From positions 496,001-560,000 of the forward strand of contig JANHCV010000016.1 of the NCBI GenBank assembly GCA_025594325.1: a DNA stretch of 64,000 nucleotides, given 5' to 3'. Below, piece by piece: positions 1-12,857 of this stretch (position 1 is the stretch's first letter; each line of letters begins with the position of its first letter). The DNA is from Blastocladiella emersonii ATCC 22665 (taxonomy: Eukaryota > Fungi > Blastocladiomycota). The translations under genes were made by a program, and so were the position numbers. A model generated the notes under the pieces. That model was not told the DNA's origin. It was given only the letters and a program-made list of their open reading frames with translations, and did not search any database.

Positions 1-181
1 GAACGGATGGGGCGGCGAGAACGGCTTGGCCGCTGTGGCGGCGGCAGGGGCTGCACGCGTGGAACTCAGCGTCACCTGATCGCGCGTGCGCCTCCCACCT
101 TGAAAAAATAAGAAAGAGGAAATTCGCCGAGCGCAGCTTACCACAGGCCGGTCTCGCCCCGCCGGCCGTCCGTCGCGCCCG

Positions 182-191
182 GGTTCGACTC
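182..191 (+). promoter_or_regulatory. Isolated B-box-like motif (GGTTCGACTC) upstream of the TFIIIC subunit gene
   Basis: Matches 10/11 of the B-box consensus GGTTCGANTCC. The flanks (CCGGG/CTCCC) do not form a T-stem, so it is not a tRNA. It lies about 190 bp before the ATG at 373. Confidence 0.35.
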
Positions 192-372
192 TCCCCGCTC
201 GCACATTGCATATCGTGCTCTGCGACTTGCCCCCGACTCCCGGCACTCGAGTGCACCTGCTGCGCCACCATCTCTGTCCGACCGCACCGACTCCTCCGCC
301 AGCTCCACAAAGCACATCCCCTCGCACTCCATTGCATCCACCCCGAATCCGTCGCACCATCTGCCCGGCATC

Positions 373-3300
373 ATGGAGGATCCGCTCCAGTTCATTCTCG
401 CCGAGGCCACGCTCGAGGGCGAGCGCGGTACGCCTCCTTGTCCCCCCGCTGATCGACGGTCAGAGACTGACGCGGTCGCGCCCGCATGCATACACCGAAC
501 TTGTAGGCGCGTCGCTGCCGCGGCTCTGGCACTTCATCGCGTGCTACCACGAGCACGTCCAGGTCCACCCGTCCGCGACCCTGCAGCTGCCCGAGCCGCT
601 CGCCGACGATGCCGCCGACCCCACCGCCGCCGAGACCCCGGACGCGGCCGTGCCCGTGACCATGGCCGGCGACCAGCTGCTCGACGCGCCCTACCTCGAA
701 TTCATCTGGCGCCTGCTGGTCGAGGACATGCCGCAGTACCTGTGCCGCGTCCACCTCGAGGAGCAGCGCGTCAAGGCCAAGGCCACGGGCGCCGCCTCCA
801 AGCGCCGCCGCCTCGCCGCCGGCCTGCCCGGCGCCGCCAACGGCGACGGCACCGAGGTCAAGATCGTGTGCATCGCCACCCCGATCGACCAGGCCGAGCT
901 CGCCGCCAAGTCGCCGCTCGAGCTCTACGCCAAGTACGGCGACGACCTGCGCTTCGTCGTGCCCGCCGCTGAGCGCCGTACCGAGCTGCTCAAGAAGGTC
1001 AACTGCGTACGTTGCCGTTGTTCGCTGCTCTGATCTCTCCCACACCGCGCTGACTTTGGCGATCACCACCCCCATCACAGGACATGTCCGAGCAGCTCTA
1101 CCTCGTCTTCAAGGAGGTGCTCCGCTGGCGCGCCGTCGGCATCACCCAGGCCGACATCTCCAAGGCCCTAACCCAGGACCCGCGCTCCACCTTCCACTTC
1201 ATCAAGACCCTCGCCGCCCGCAACCTCGTCGTCAAGTTCCCCGTCGTCAGCCGCGGCTCCTACACCCACCTCACCCTCGCCACCCAGTTTGCCCACCGCA
1301 ACGCCTCGTACCTCGCCACCGCCAAGGCCGTCGCCGGCGCCACCGCCGCTGCTGCCATGGGCGGCGATACCCCCGTCGAGGCGCCCGCGCGCGGGCCCGT
1401 TCACGGCCGCCGCCGCCGCTCGGACGAGGACGAGAGCGAGGAGGACGAGGACGACGACGAGATGGACCTGGATCAGGGCACCTCGGCCCCGCACTCGCGC
1501 TCCAGCACCCACGACGGCGACGAGGACGACATTGACGCCGAGGAGACCGAGGAGGTCCGCGCCGCCCTGCTCGGCGCCGGCACCGGCTCCGACATGCCCA
1601 TGTCCGACGCGTCGGCCGCGACCACCACCACCACGACCACGGCCAGCGGCGCGACCACCATCGTCCGCCCCGCGGTCCTCTTCTTCGACGGCAACAGCTC
1701 CGCCAACTCGGTCCTGCCCTTCACGTCGCAGGTACTCGCCGACTCGGCCGGCTACCGCTTCACGTCCCCGGCGAGCGGCCCGTCACAGTCGGCGCTCCGC
1801 AACGACTGGGGCGACAAGCCCGGCGTGTTCGCGAGTCTGGTGCGCCAGAAGCTGTCGGAGCTGCTCCTCGCCGCGCCCGACCACACGGTCCCGTCCGAGG
1901 AGCTGATCGTCGGTCTCGGCCTCGACCCGCAAAAGTACCCGCGCCAGCGCAAGTGGTTCAACCGCACCATCGCGTCCATGGTCGCCACGGGTCACGTCGA
2001 GCGCATCCAGCGGCCCGGCGGGCCCTCGACGCGCCGCCTTGTCAACTGCATCCACCTGCTCGTCCCCTACCGCATGCCCGTCACGGTCGGCTCGCTCGCC
2101 CCGCTCTCGGGCGGCGTCCGCCGCGCCACCGACCACGTCTCGGACTCGCAGAACCGCGGCTCGTTCCGCCAGATCGCGGTCGTCGACGACGACGCGCCCG
2201 CCGCCGCCGGCAGCGACGACTCGGGCGTCCAGGTCAACACCCCGCGCCACAACAACTTGGACGGCGGCGTCATCTCGGTCACGGGCGGTGCGGCTGCTGC
2301 CAACGGCCTCGTCCACGACTCGGGCCTGCTCCAGGACGGCGTCCTCGCCGACCTGCCGTTCGAGTACCAGATCCACCGGCTGCTCGCGCTGACGCCCGAC
2401 GGGCTCACGGCGGGCCAGCTGCGCCGCCAGCTCGGCCGCATCGGCGCGCGCCCCTTCAACAAGTTCATTGACCGCCTGATCCTGTCCAAGAAGACAGTCC
2501 CCGGCGCCCTCGTCGTTCACCGCGTCGCCGAGAACCGCGGCCGCGAGCGCCGCTACCGCTACTTCACCGACGCCGCCATGAACTCGCTCCAGGCCGCCGA
2601 CCAGAGCGTCCAGGTCCTCATGCGCGAGCAGGACCGCCGCACCGCCATCACCAACCTCGTCGTCGCCGGCGCCACCCAGACCAACGTCGCGGCCGCCTCA
2701 GCCGCTGTTGTTGCCGTGTCCGCGTGCAACTCGGCCGCGGGCACGCCCCTCGTCGGGCGCGGTGCGGGCCGAGGCGCCTCGTCTCCCGCTGGCGCTGCTG
2801 CTGGTGCCGCGGCGCCGGGCACCCCGGCGCCTGCGTCCAAGTCCCCGCCGCACGCGGGCTCCGCTCTCGCGCGCGTCATGGGGACGCCCGCGCCTACTAC
2901 CGAAATCGTCGACGTGGACACGCCCGGCTCGTCGTCCGCTCCCGGCACCGAGCCGCGCGCGCCGCGTACGGTTTCGGGCGCCACCTTCTCGCCGTCGAAC
3001 CCGCCGTCGTCGGTCCTCGCCGCGACCTCGACTCGCCCGCTCAGCGCGCCCGCGCCGTCGTCGGCCGTGTCGCTCGGCGTGCGCACCACGGTCGAGGCGG
3101 TGCGGCGGCGCATCATCCTGCTCGAGATTCTGGCCGAGCACCGCGTCGCGCTGTACAACCACGAGCTGCTCAAGGAGATGCAGTCGCGGTACATTTCGCG
3201 GTACCCCGAGGCCGCCGGCAGCAACATGGACAAGAAGACGCTGCAGCGCGTCGTCGAGCACCTGCGCGTCGAGAAGCGCCTCGAGCAGAAGGTCGTCAAC

Positions 3301-6300
3301 TTTGGCATGATCCACGGCGCGCCCGAAAAGTCGGAGCTCCTCGTCATGTGCGACGTCGACAACCCCGTCACCGACGAGGAGGTGCTCGACAAGGTCAAGG
3401 AGATCGAGGGCCGGCTGCTGTACGCCACGGGCTCCCGCGTCACCGATGCGCCGACCCGCGACTGGTCCCACTCGGGACCCACGCCCAGGGCCGAGGACGG
3501 CGGCAGCGACTCGGGTGACGGCGGTGACTCGGACACCGGGTCGGGCCGGCGCGGGTCCACGTCGCAGCTGCCCGTCGACGCGCCGCTCCACGGCGACGGC
3601 GCCCGTGCTGCGCGGTCGCACGCGGCGGCGCACTGGCGCGTAGTCGCGCAGCAGTACGGGTGGCAGGACGCGCGCATGCTGCGTGCCAAGATGCTGTACC
3701 AGTTCCTGTACGAGCGGACGTCGGCCGAGGTGGCGCCCGACCACGTCTTCGAGACGACCATCATCTTCCGCGAGCTCACGCTCGGCATGTACCTGCAGCT
3801 GATCGGGCACACGCACGTGTCGGAGCGGCTCAGCGCGTACTTTGACCAGCACCAGGACACGCCGCTGATCTGCATCGCCGAGGACGTGCGCGGCGAGCTG
3901 CTCGGCAACGACCGCACCAAGCGCCGGTTCAAGTCGCACGTCATGCACCTGCTCAACATCCTGTCGGCGCTCAACGTGATCCACCCGGTCGGCCTCGAGG
4001 GCTACTTCAAGACGGTGAGCGAGCTATCGCCGCTCCACCACAAGTATGTCGTCCCGCGCACCTTCCGCATGCTCAACTACCTCGCCCCGCGCCACGAGCG
4101 CGTCGAGCTCCAGGAGCGCGACGTGTCGACGCTTGGCCGCATGCACCTGTTCTGGAGCGAGCTCGAGGTCATGCGCGCCGCCACCGCGCCCCTCCTCACC
4201 GGGTCCTTGGTCACGGCCGATACGCCCGACCCAGCCAACGGCGTCGCGCGCAATTCTCCGGTGACCTCGGGCCTGACCCACCCCGCCGCCGAGGAAGCCG
4301 CCCGCAGCGCCGAGGCTCTGGCGGCCGACGGCGCCGACGGCGCCGACACCACCACGGCCTCCGCCGCGCCCTCCACCTCGCCCCTCACCTCGCCCATGCC
4401 GACCCCCGCACCCGTCGTGGTCCCGTCCATGGCGCCGCCGCTCGTCGGCCAGGGCAACCAGGAGAGCGACCCGATCAAGTTCATTGGCCTGGCGCGCAAC
4501 TGGATCCCGACCACGACGCTGAGCAAGCGGCAGCGGCGCACCCTCGAGCAGGTGTGCGACCCGACCACGGGGCAGACGCCGCGCAACCACTACAACACGT
4601 GCCAGGAGCTCGCGTTGCAGACCGGGCTCACGATGCAGCGCGTCAAGCAGTTCCTCAAGCGGTTCGAGGACGACTACGTCCGCCGCAAGGTCATGGACGA
4701 GGAAGGGCTCGCGATGCCCGGGTTCGCCGGCATGCAGCTGCGCAACCGGCCCGGCGCCGCCATGTCGGGCGAGGGCGGCGAGGGGAGCGATGGCGACGAC
4801 GCGTCTTCGCGCACCGTGGCCGACACGCACGCCATGTTCGGGCCCGTCGGCGCCTCCGCCCGCCGGTTCGCCCGCTCGGGCACGTCCGCGGCCATGGCGC
4901 GCCTGAGCGAGCGGCGCGGGCGCACGTCGGACGGCGGCGCCAAGGCCGTCAGCTTGCAGCGGCAGCAGCAGGCAGGCGGCGGCGGCACGCGCGGGCGCAA
5001 GACCGGGACGCGCGGCAATGGCCGCGCCGGCAAGGCCAAGCAGCGCGGCAGCAAGCTGGCGGGCACGGTGCAGCTGATCGATCCCGAAACGGGCGCGGTC
5101 GAGCTGGCCAAGCCCAAGCGCACGCGCTTCTCGTGGAACCCCGAAGCCGACGTGCAGCTGATCCACGCGTGGGTCATCCTCAACTACCGCGTGACGTGCG
5201 GCGCGATGCGCAGCATGTCGTGGAAGACGGCGACCGTCATGTTTGGCGGCCGCCCCGTCGGCACGATCCGCCGCCGCATCATGCTGCTGCTCAAGGTGCC
5301 CGACTGGGCGCTGCGCGCCAAGCGGCTCGAGCGCGCGTGGGCCGCGCACCTCGGCGAGGGGTGCCCCGACTGCGCCGCGGCCGGGACTGGCGCTGCGGGC
5401 GAGTCGTCGACGACGTCGGCCTCGACGCCCGTGCTCGACGCGGACGCGGCGCCCGCCACCACGTCAGGTGCCGCCGCGTGGGACCTGGCCAAGTGCATGG
5501 AGCACCTCGCGGCGCTCCCGCTCGACACGTACTCGGGCATGGCTGCGAGCGGGCCGCACGGCGGGTGCGACCTGCCCGACTCGATCGAGGAGCTCGAGGC
5601 CATGTTCGAGGTGCACGCAACGCCCACGGTCCCGTTCCACGAGCGCAAGGACCAGGAGGCCACGGCACGCGCCAAGCTCGTGCTCATGTACGAGAACGCC
5701 ATGTACGTCGACCCGATCGAGCCCGAGCCCGCCGCGATCTTCCCGATCGTGTCGCCCGCCGAGGACGACGAGGAGACCGAGAAGACTGCGGCCTACGACG
5801 GCCAGTCGGTCGCGGACCACGCGGACACGCGCCTGTTCCACGACGTCGCCGCGGTCACGTCGAAGGCTCGCCCCACCGCGTCGGGCGGCAGCACCAACAG
5901 CGCCGCCGACTCGGACTCGGACGAGCGCGGCCCGCCGGCAATGTCGGCCAAGGAGCGCGAGCAGATGCAGGTGGTGATCCAGCTGCTCAAGATGATCTGC
6001 CTGACGCCCGACTCGCAGTACAACTCGACGCAGGCGTTTGCGATGCTGCACACGTTCTCGGGGTCGGTTCTCGAGCGCGCGCTAGCGGCCGTGCGCGAGT
6101 CGGGCGCCCTCGTCCGGCTCCGCGCCCACCACGGCAAGTCGCGCGTCATCCCCGGCCGCAACTACGCGCTCTCGGACCGGTTCTGCGCCCAGCTGTACGG
6201 CAACACGGCGCAGACCCAGATCGCGCAGGCCGTGCGGGCCCTCACCCAGCTCCATGACACCCTGCAGGGCACGGACCCCACGGCCACGGCCACCGGCGAC

Positions 6301-7062
6301 GCCGACGCGTCGCACGAGTTCATGCTCGAGGACATGGTCGAGGACGGCACGATGCTGGCCCTCATTGACCTGCAGGCCGCGGGCCACATCAAGCTCGACG
6401 TGCAGATCAACCGCGCGCGGCTGTTCGCGCTGCCTATTGTCCCCGCGCGGTCGCGCGCGTTCGACATGGAGCTGCCCGTCGCGATCAAGGTCGCGCCGAC
6501 GCTGCCCGTCCCGCAACGGCAGCTCGGTGACGGCAAGGTGCCGTCGACGCACGAGCTGGTGCTCGGGCGCACGTACGTGACGACGGCCGAGGACGACGAC
6601 ATGATGGGCGGCGAGCCGGCGACACCCGCTGGCCCGCCGTTCGTGCGGCTCGGGTTCTCGGCGCCGGTGTGGGTCGACCCGCGCGACGAGGAGAGCATGC
6701 GGCTGTACTGCATCCCGCGCACGCGCATGGTGCCCGACGCGGCGGCCGATGCCGAGGTCGCGGCGCTCGAGCCCGTGCCCGAGCTGCGGCCGTGGATCGT
6801 GCCGCGCATCTGGAACAACATCCACGGGCACGTCGAGCCCGCGATTCTGAGGTCCGCCATGACGTGTGTGCTCGCGTTCCTGATGCGCAACCCGGGCGCG
6901 CGGCTGTCGTGGCTGTGCGACCGGTTCGACCTCATCTTCCAGCGCGTCGAGGTCGAGGAGCTCGTCGAGCAGCTCGAGTTCCGCGGCGCCGTGCTGACCC
7001 AGATCGCGGACGGCCAGGTCTACGTGTTCCTGTGCGACGGCTTCTACCACAAGATCCTCTAA
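373..7062 (+). CDS. TFC3: RNA polymerase III transcription factor TFIIIC B-block-binding subunit (Tfc3/Sfc3/GTF3C1-like), 3 exons
   Basis: Exons 373-427, 507-1006, 1081-7062; introns 428-506 (gtacgc..ttgtag) and 1007-1080 (gtacgt..ctgac..cacag) join in frame. N-term MEDPLQFILAEATLEGERGASLPRLW; winged-helix B-block segment GITQADISKALTQDPRSTFHFIKTL; KMDKKTLQR; late RFSWNPEADVQL; about 2,180 aa. Confidence 0.85.
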
Positions 7063-7107
7063 GCCTTCTGACCATTGTTGTTTTGATTTCAATCTATTGC
7101 GCTCGTT

Positions 7108-9306
7108 TTACACGCCAAGCAACGTCGCCACTTCTTCGGCAGACCGCATCGCGCTCACCTCGTCTGCGAGCGCCGGGTCCGCTTGCACCGCATCGACGAT
7201 GGCGCGGTACGCGGCGAGGAACTGCGCCGACCCGGCGCTCGCGACGACCGCGGCGTGCGTGTGCATTGCGAGGCGGCCGAGGACGCGGCCGACGTCGGTG
7301 ACGGCGCCCGCCATGAGGAACGCGTCGAGGTCGCGGACCGCGGACTGCAGGGTCGGCGCGTCGAGGCCGAGCTCGGACAGCGTCGCGGCGGGCGATGGTG
7401 ACCGCGCTTGGTGGTGCTCGAGGAGCTCGGTAATGGGCGCGAGGCCCGATGCGGTGAGGAGGGCCGATGACTACGCGGACGCAGTGTTAGCCATGGCGGT
7501 TCCTCGCGCGAGGTGAACGCAGCGTACCAGTTCCGAGGTGAGCGAGTCGACGTAGATCTGGACCTGGTTGGCGAGCGCGGCGCGTTTCTCGTCGGACAGG
7601 GCAGCGAGTGCGTCGCGGAGATACTCGAGGCAGTTGACCATGTAGACGCCGGCGTCGGCGCGCGGGATGGCCTGGGCGGCAATGACACAGGCGCGGACGC
7701 ACGGGTCGACGACGAGGTCGACGATGGGCCGCATCTCGGGTGGTGCCGCGGCCGTGGACTGCAGGTAGCGCGCGTGCGTCGCGGCGATGCTGCGCAGGTG
7801 GCCGGCGGTGCGGCGGACCGACGGGGTCGGGAGCAGGTCCGCAGCGTCGGGCGCGTCCCACTCGACGGCGGCGGAAGCCGCCATGGCGTCAAGCGCGTCC
7901 TTGAACTGGCGCAGGGCAAAGAACTGGAGCCTATGGCGTGAAGCGGTTAGCGGGGCGGATCAAGAGGGCAGGAAGCGAGGTACTCTTTGGTGGTAGCCGC
8001 GAGCGGTGACGCGGGGAGGAGGACCTTGAGCAGCATCTGATAGTTGACGACGAGGACGTGGTAGACGCGGTAGGCGAGGGTCGGGTCGTCACGGAGCGGT
8101 GTCGCGAGGTCGAGGCTGCTGCGCGAGCCCGCGGCCGAGGAATTCTCTGCACTCGCGCGGGTGACGGCCTGCTCGATGCGGGTCTGGAGCGGGCGGCAGA
8201 TCCCCGCAATGCTGCGGTCAACGAGATCGACGGCGCGCGAGCGGGGCAGGCCGACGTCCGAGGTCCACAGGGCGAGCTCGGATGCGAGGGCCTGGTGGAC
8301 CCAAGCGTACACGTCGGCGACGAGGCGTTCGGGGTCGTCACCAGTAGAAGCGCCGGCGGCGATGCTGCTGGCAGTGGACCCGCGGCGCGATGGTGGAGCC
8401 CCACCACCCGGGGCTGTTGCGGACGCGGGCGGGTTGCGGGACAGCGCAGCGTCACCAAACCAGCGCGAGAGTGCGGTGCGGCGGTGAGCGACGGCGTCGT
8501 CGAGCAGTGCGTCGAGGAGGACGGTGCGGCGCGACAGGTGGGCGAGGACGGCGGGCAGGACAGCGGGGAGGTCGGGGGCGAGGGCAGCAAAGACCGGGAG
8601 GCGGGCCTGGGCCCAGGCGAACATGTGGTCGTGCGCGGTCTCGATGTGGATGAGCGTAGTTGCCATGATGTCCTTGGCGAGCGGGTTGTTGGGGAAGTCG
8701 AGCTTGTCCTTGAGCAGCTGCTCGAGGGAGACGGCGCGGTTGAGGGCGGCGAAGAAGTCGGGCGAGAGGTCCGAGGAGGGCGACGAGAGTAGGGCGAGCT
8801 CGGCGGGCGACAGGGTGAAGTCGGCGAGGAAGGCGGTCAGGGCGTCGCGCTGCGCGGTAAGGGCATCCCTGTTGTGAGGCCGGGTCAGGACGTGCACAGC
8901 GAGGTTACGACTAGCAAGTGCACATTTCGGAGCGGTGCTCGAGGGCGACGCGCACAAACTCGCCCGTCTGCGAGCGGGCAAAGGCGAGGTCGTCGGCGAC
9001 GGCGCGGCAGTGGGCGTCCATGGCGGCGATGCCGTCGCACACGGCGTCGGCCTCGGCCACGACGGCGTCGGCGAGGGCGGCGAGGTCCTCGTAGGCACGC
9101 CACTGGTCGTCCTCGACAGCGCGCGGCAGGGCGGCGGGCGCGGGCGGTGGCGCAGCGCCGCACCAGGCGTCGAGGGCGGCGAGCGCAGCAGCGCGCTGGC
9201 GGGTGCCCTCGCGGTCCGTGGCGGCGGAGCGGAACAGCGGCGACGCGAGGGCGGCGGCGAGCGACTCGGTGGCGGCGGCGGTTGCGGTCGTTGGTGGCGG
9301 ATACAT
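7108..9306 (-). CDS. COG6: Conserved oligomeric Golgi complex subunit 6, 4 exons
   Basis: Spliced from ORFs 8911-9396, 7947-9410, 7471-7884 and 7108-7314 via GT..AG introns. Motifs AFLADFTLSPAELALL..DFFAALNRA, VYMVNCLEYLRDAL, C-term RSAEEVATLLGV. ATG 9306 is preferred; an upstream ATG is possible. Confidence 0.8.
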
Positions 9307-9788
9307 TGCGGGCAGTGTGCGGTCGCGCGAGCGGTGATCCATGGCGCCCCGCGGGCGATCGAGGGAGCGCAGACCCGGCATGGCGCGCCCTGCCAACTCA
9401 TCGTGGCCAACGCGTCGCGGTCGCGGGCATCACGCCGCAGCCCGTGCGCCGTCGCCGTGTGGCGGGACGCGTCTCGGGCAAAGTCGGGCCGGCTCGCCAG
9501 TCACGTCGGCAAGCCGCATGAGCGAGCGCGGGAGAGCAACGCCTTCACCGTCGCCTTGTCCGCGACCGCGCCCCAACCGCTGCTGCTTCTCCCCGCGCTT
9601 ACGCGGCCCACTCACACCCCACACACCCTGCCATGTATGTCCTGCCCTTCCACGCGCGCGCGCGCCGCCCGACGCGCGTGCCCGACGACGGCGACGCGGC
9701 CCGCGGCCCGGACCCCCAGCGACCCGCTGCTGACGCTGCAACCGCCGCGCCCAACCCGCCAGCAGCCCCCGCCCCCGCACCGCCGATC

Positions 9789-11003
9789 ATGCGCAACGCC
9801 AAGGTGTTTGCCGGGTCGTCGCACCAGGACCTGGCCCAGGCCATCGTCGACCGCCTCGGCATCTCGTGCGCGCCGCTCGCCATCAAGCAGCACGCCAACC
9901 ACGAGACCTCCGTCGACATTGGCGTGTCGGTGCGCAACCAGGACGTGTTCATCATCCAGTCGGGCAGCGACAGCATCAACGACAGCCTTATGGAGCTCAT
10001 GATCCTCATCAACTCGTGCCGCATCTCCTCGGCCTCGCGCATCACGGCCATCCTCCCCTACTTCCCCTACGCCAAGCAGTCCAAGAAGAAGAAATCGCGC
10101 GGCGCCGTCACCGCCAAGCTGCTCGCCAACATGCTGACCGTGGCGGGTGTCGACCACATTGTCACCCTCGACCTGCACCACGACCAGATGCAGGGCTTCT
10201 TCTCCAAGCCCGTCGACAACCTGCTCGCCGAGCCCTCGCTGTGCAAGTACGTCGCCGAGCACCTCGACGACTACCGCCACGCCGTCGTCGTCGCCAAGAA
10301 CCCCGGCGGCGTCAAGCGCGTCACCCAGCTCGCCGACCGCCTCAAGATCGACTTTGCCCTCATCCACCAGGACAAGTCCGTCCCGAAGCCCGCCAAGGCA
10401 TCGGCCCCGCGCCGCAAGACGCCCTCGGCCGCGGCCGGCGGGGCCCCGCCCACGCTGTCGACCACGGCCAACTCGTCCACGTCGTCGACCAACCTCCTCC
10501 AGACCGCCGCCTCGACCGACTCCATGGCCATTGCCACCACGCACGGACCCGTGCGCTCCACCACCACCACGGCCAACCTCGACGACGTGGAGATGGGCGG
10601 CGAGGACGCCCTGCACCTGGTCGAGGTGTTCGAGACCCAGTGGCACGAGGACGGCCTGCAGCTCGTCGGCGACGTGGACGGCCGCCCGTGCATCCTCGTC
10701 GACGACATTGTCGACAAGCCCAGCTCGTTCCTGTCCGCCGCCAAGCTGCTTCGCCGCCGCGGCGCGACTCACGTCTACGTCATGGCCACCCACGGCGTGC
10801 TGTCCAACGACGCCCTCGCCCAGTTTGAGGAGTGCGACGCCATCCACAAGGTCATTGTCACCAACTCGTACCCGATCTCGCTCGACAAGCAGGCCATGTC
10901 CTCCAAGCTCGAGATCATCGACATCTCGGGCGTCCTCGCCGAGGCCATCCGCCGCACCCACAACGGCGAGTCCATTTCGTACCTCTTCCACACCCCGCTG
11001 TAA
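9789..11003 (+). CDS. PRS1: Ribose-phosphate pyrophosphokinase, Prs1-type with internal insertion
   Basis: MRNAKVFAGSSH, VRNQDVFIIQSG, LPYFPYAKQSKKKKSRGAVTAKLLANML, DLHHDQMQGFF, ILVDDIVD, ATHGVLS. The ORF track starts at 9633; ATG 9789 matches the family N-terminus. Confidence 0.92.
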   Translation: MRNAKVFAGSSHQDLAQAIVDRLGISCAPLAIKQHANHETSVDIGVSVRNQDVFIIQSGSDSINDSLMELMILINSCRISSASRITAILPYFPYAKQSKKKKSRGAVTAKLLANMLTVAGVDHIVTLDLHHDQMQGFFSKPVDNLLAEPSLCKYVAEHLDDYRHAVVVAKNPGGVKRVTQLADRLKIDFALIHQDKSVPKPAKASAPRRKTPSAAAGGAPPTLSTTANSSTSSTNLLQTAASTDSMAIATTHGPVRSTTTTANLDDVEMGGEDALHLVEVFETQWHEDGLQLVGDVDGRPCILVDDIVDKPSSFLSAAKLLRRRGATHVYVMATHGVLSNDALAQFEECDAIHKVIVTNSYPISLDKQAMSSKLEIIDISGVLAEAIRRTHNGESISYLFHTPL

Positions 11004-11075
11004 GCTCTCTCGCTCTCCTCTCCCTCTCGTCATGCCTTACCCCACCTCCTTGAAGAAGAAACTAGTTTTATCATA

Positions 11076-12014
11076 TCACACCTCACCCACGGGGATCGCG
11101 TACACGCGCAGCTCGTCGTCGCCCGATCCGAGCGGGTGGTCCTCGACGACGCGGAACCCGAGCGCCTTGAGCGCGAGCCGGAGCGGGAGGTCGCTCGCCA
11201 TGGCCACGACTCGCACCTCGTCCGCAGCGCCCGTCGGTCCGCTCGCGGCCCCCGCGCCGTACTTGGCGCGCAGGTACCGCTCGGCCGAGCGCAGCATGTG
11301 CTCGAGAATGCCCGGCGTGTGCACCGTCGGCGTCGTGAAGGCGGGTTTCTCGTCGCTTCCGTGGTCGGCGTGGGCGGTCGGCGCGGCGGTGGCCACGCTC
11401 ACGTAGTGCCGCAGGTGCTGGGCGGCTCGGCGGCCGCATACGAGGGTCGTGAGCCGGAGCACGCCGAGCAGGCCCGCGTCAGCGGCGGACTCGTCGCGGT
11501 CGGCTCGGAACTTGGTCGCCGGGGCACGGACGATCGACTTGGTGGCCGAGACGCACGAAACGGCGGACGTGGCCTCCTCGTAGCGCGGCGGCGGGAGCGG
11601 CATCGCGTCGGTGGGGGCCTCGGGATCGGTTTCCCCAGAATCGCCGCGGAAGATCTCGTCGGTGGTGGCCAGGACGCGGTCGAACGCGCCGACCTCGGAC
11701 ACGGGCGCGTGAGCCGTGACGCGGACGGCGAACCGGTCCTCGGGGCGGCCGAGCGTCGTAGACCACGCCACCTCGCGGAGCGTTGCGGCGCGGAGCGTGG
11801 TCTTGATGACGGAGCCCTTGTGCGCGGGCGGCTGCGGGATCGCGATGAAGGCGCGGTACGCGGCGGTGCGCGCGGCCGGGTCGGACAGCTTGTGCAGCTT
11901 GGTCGCAAAGAAGCGCGCGCCGCACGGGGGCGAGGTGCGCGGCGACGGCGTCGTGGTGGGCATCGGGTAGAAGCCGTGCGAGGCGGCGGCGTGCATGGAT
12001 TGCGGCACGGGCAT
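11076..12014 (-). CDS. Hypothetical protein (312 aa)
   Basis: Single ORF with GC3-biased codons ending next to an AT-rich 3' tract; no family recognised. Confidence 0.6.
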   Translation of the reverse strand: MPVPQSMHAAASHGFYPMPTTTPSPRTSPPCGARFFATKLHKLSDPAARTAAYRAFIAIPQPPAHKGSVIKTTLRAATLREVAWSTTLGRPEDRFAVRVTAHAPVSEVGAFDRVLATTDEIFRGDSGETDPEAPTDAMPLPPPRYEEATSAVSCVSATKSIVRAPATKFRADRDESAADAGLLGVLRLTTLVCGRRAAQHLRHYVSVATAAPTAHADHGSDEKPAFTTPTVHTPGILEHMLRSAERYLRAKYGAGAASGPTGAADEVRVVAMASDLPLRLALKALGFRVVEDHPLGSGDDELRVYAIPVGEV

Positions 12015-12857
12015 AGTGGATCGGTGGTCGGATCAGATGTTGGTTGCTGGTAGGGAGAGGAGGGACGGCAGGGGATCGCCGCCTTTTGAAGGCCCCGGCC
12101 GCGGCCGACCATCGCGGAAGCTAAGCGGCGCCATCGGGTCGACCTCCGGGCAACACTCGACCACGTACGTGGGAGTGCCGCGCTGGGCCGGGTCCGTGGT
12201 CGCGGGCGGGGAGGAGAGGCGCGGTTGAGTCGGCGGGGCACCGGGGCCGGGCCAGGGCCGGGCCATCTCGCGGGCCCGGGTGGCTGAGCCTCCACATCAG
12301 CGCGGGCTCCGGTTTGTTCTGCCTGGCCACTTGTGATTCATCCACCCCAGCTGTGCCGGTTGAATCACACCAACTTTCAGCGTAAGCCCATCGATAGCGG
12401 ACGAATTCGGTCGCGTGCGTCAATCTGCCGACTCCGCGTTGCCGCCGTGGGAGTAAGCGCCACCCTCACTCATGCACGACGACGGGTGGGCACGGCGCGG
12501 GTGGTCATCGCGGTCGTCATCGTCGAGGATGATCTCTTCCTGCGCGCGTTGTCGACACCGGAAGCAGCCGCCGGCCGACGCGATCGGCCACGCTTCAGGA
12601 CGCGAGCAGGGACACGAGCGCGGAACGCCGCCCGGCGCGAGACACCGTGGTGCGAGACATCAGGTGACCCCACGCGGCGCCTCGAATTTCTCTGCTTTGC
12701 CGCTCAGCGTTTTGCTTCGCGCCGATCGCCTCGCGGCCGTTGGAGCAGTACCACGCCCATTCGTGCAATGTAACTGTCTATGCAACTCGATGAAACGCCC
12801 TCTTCGACGCCATGTGCTCACGATGAGCGCGCCCGCGACCCCGAGTAGCCCGCCACC

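Noticed and set aside
12333-12368. Inverted repeat TGTGATTCA..TGAATCACA as an ncRNA or MITE
   Set aside because: A single 9-bp stem with no TSD and no other RNA hallmarks.
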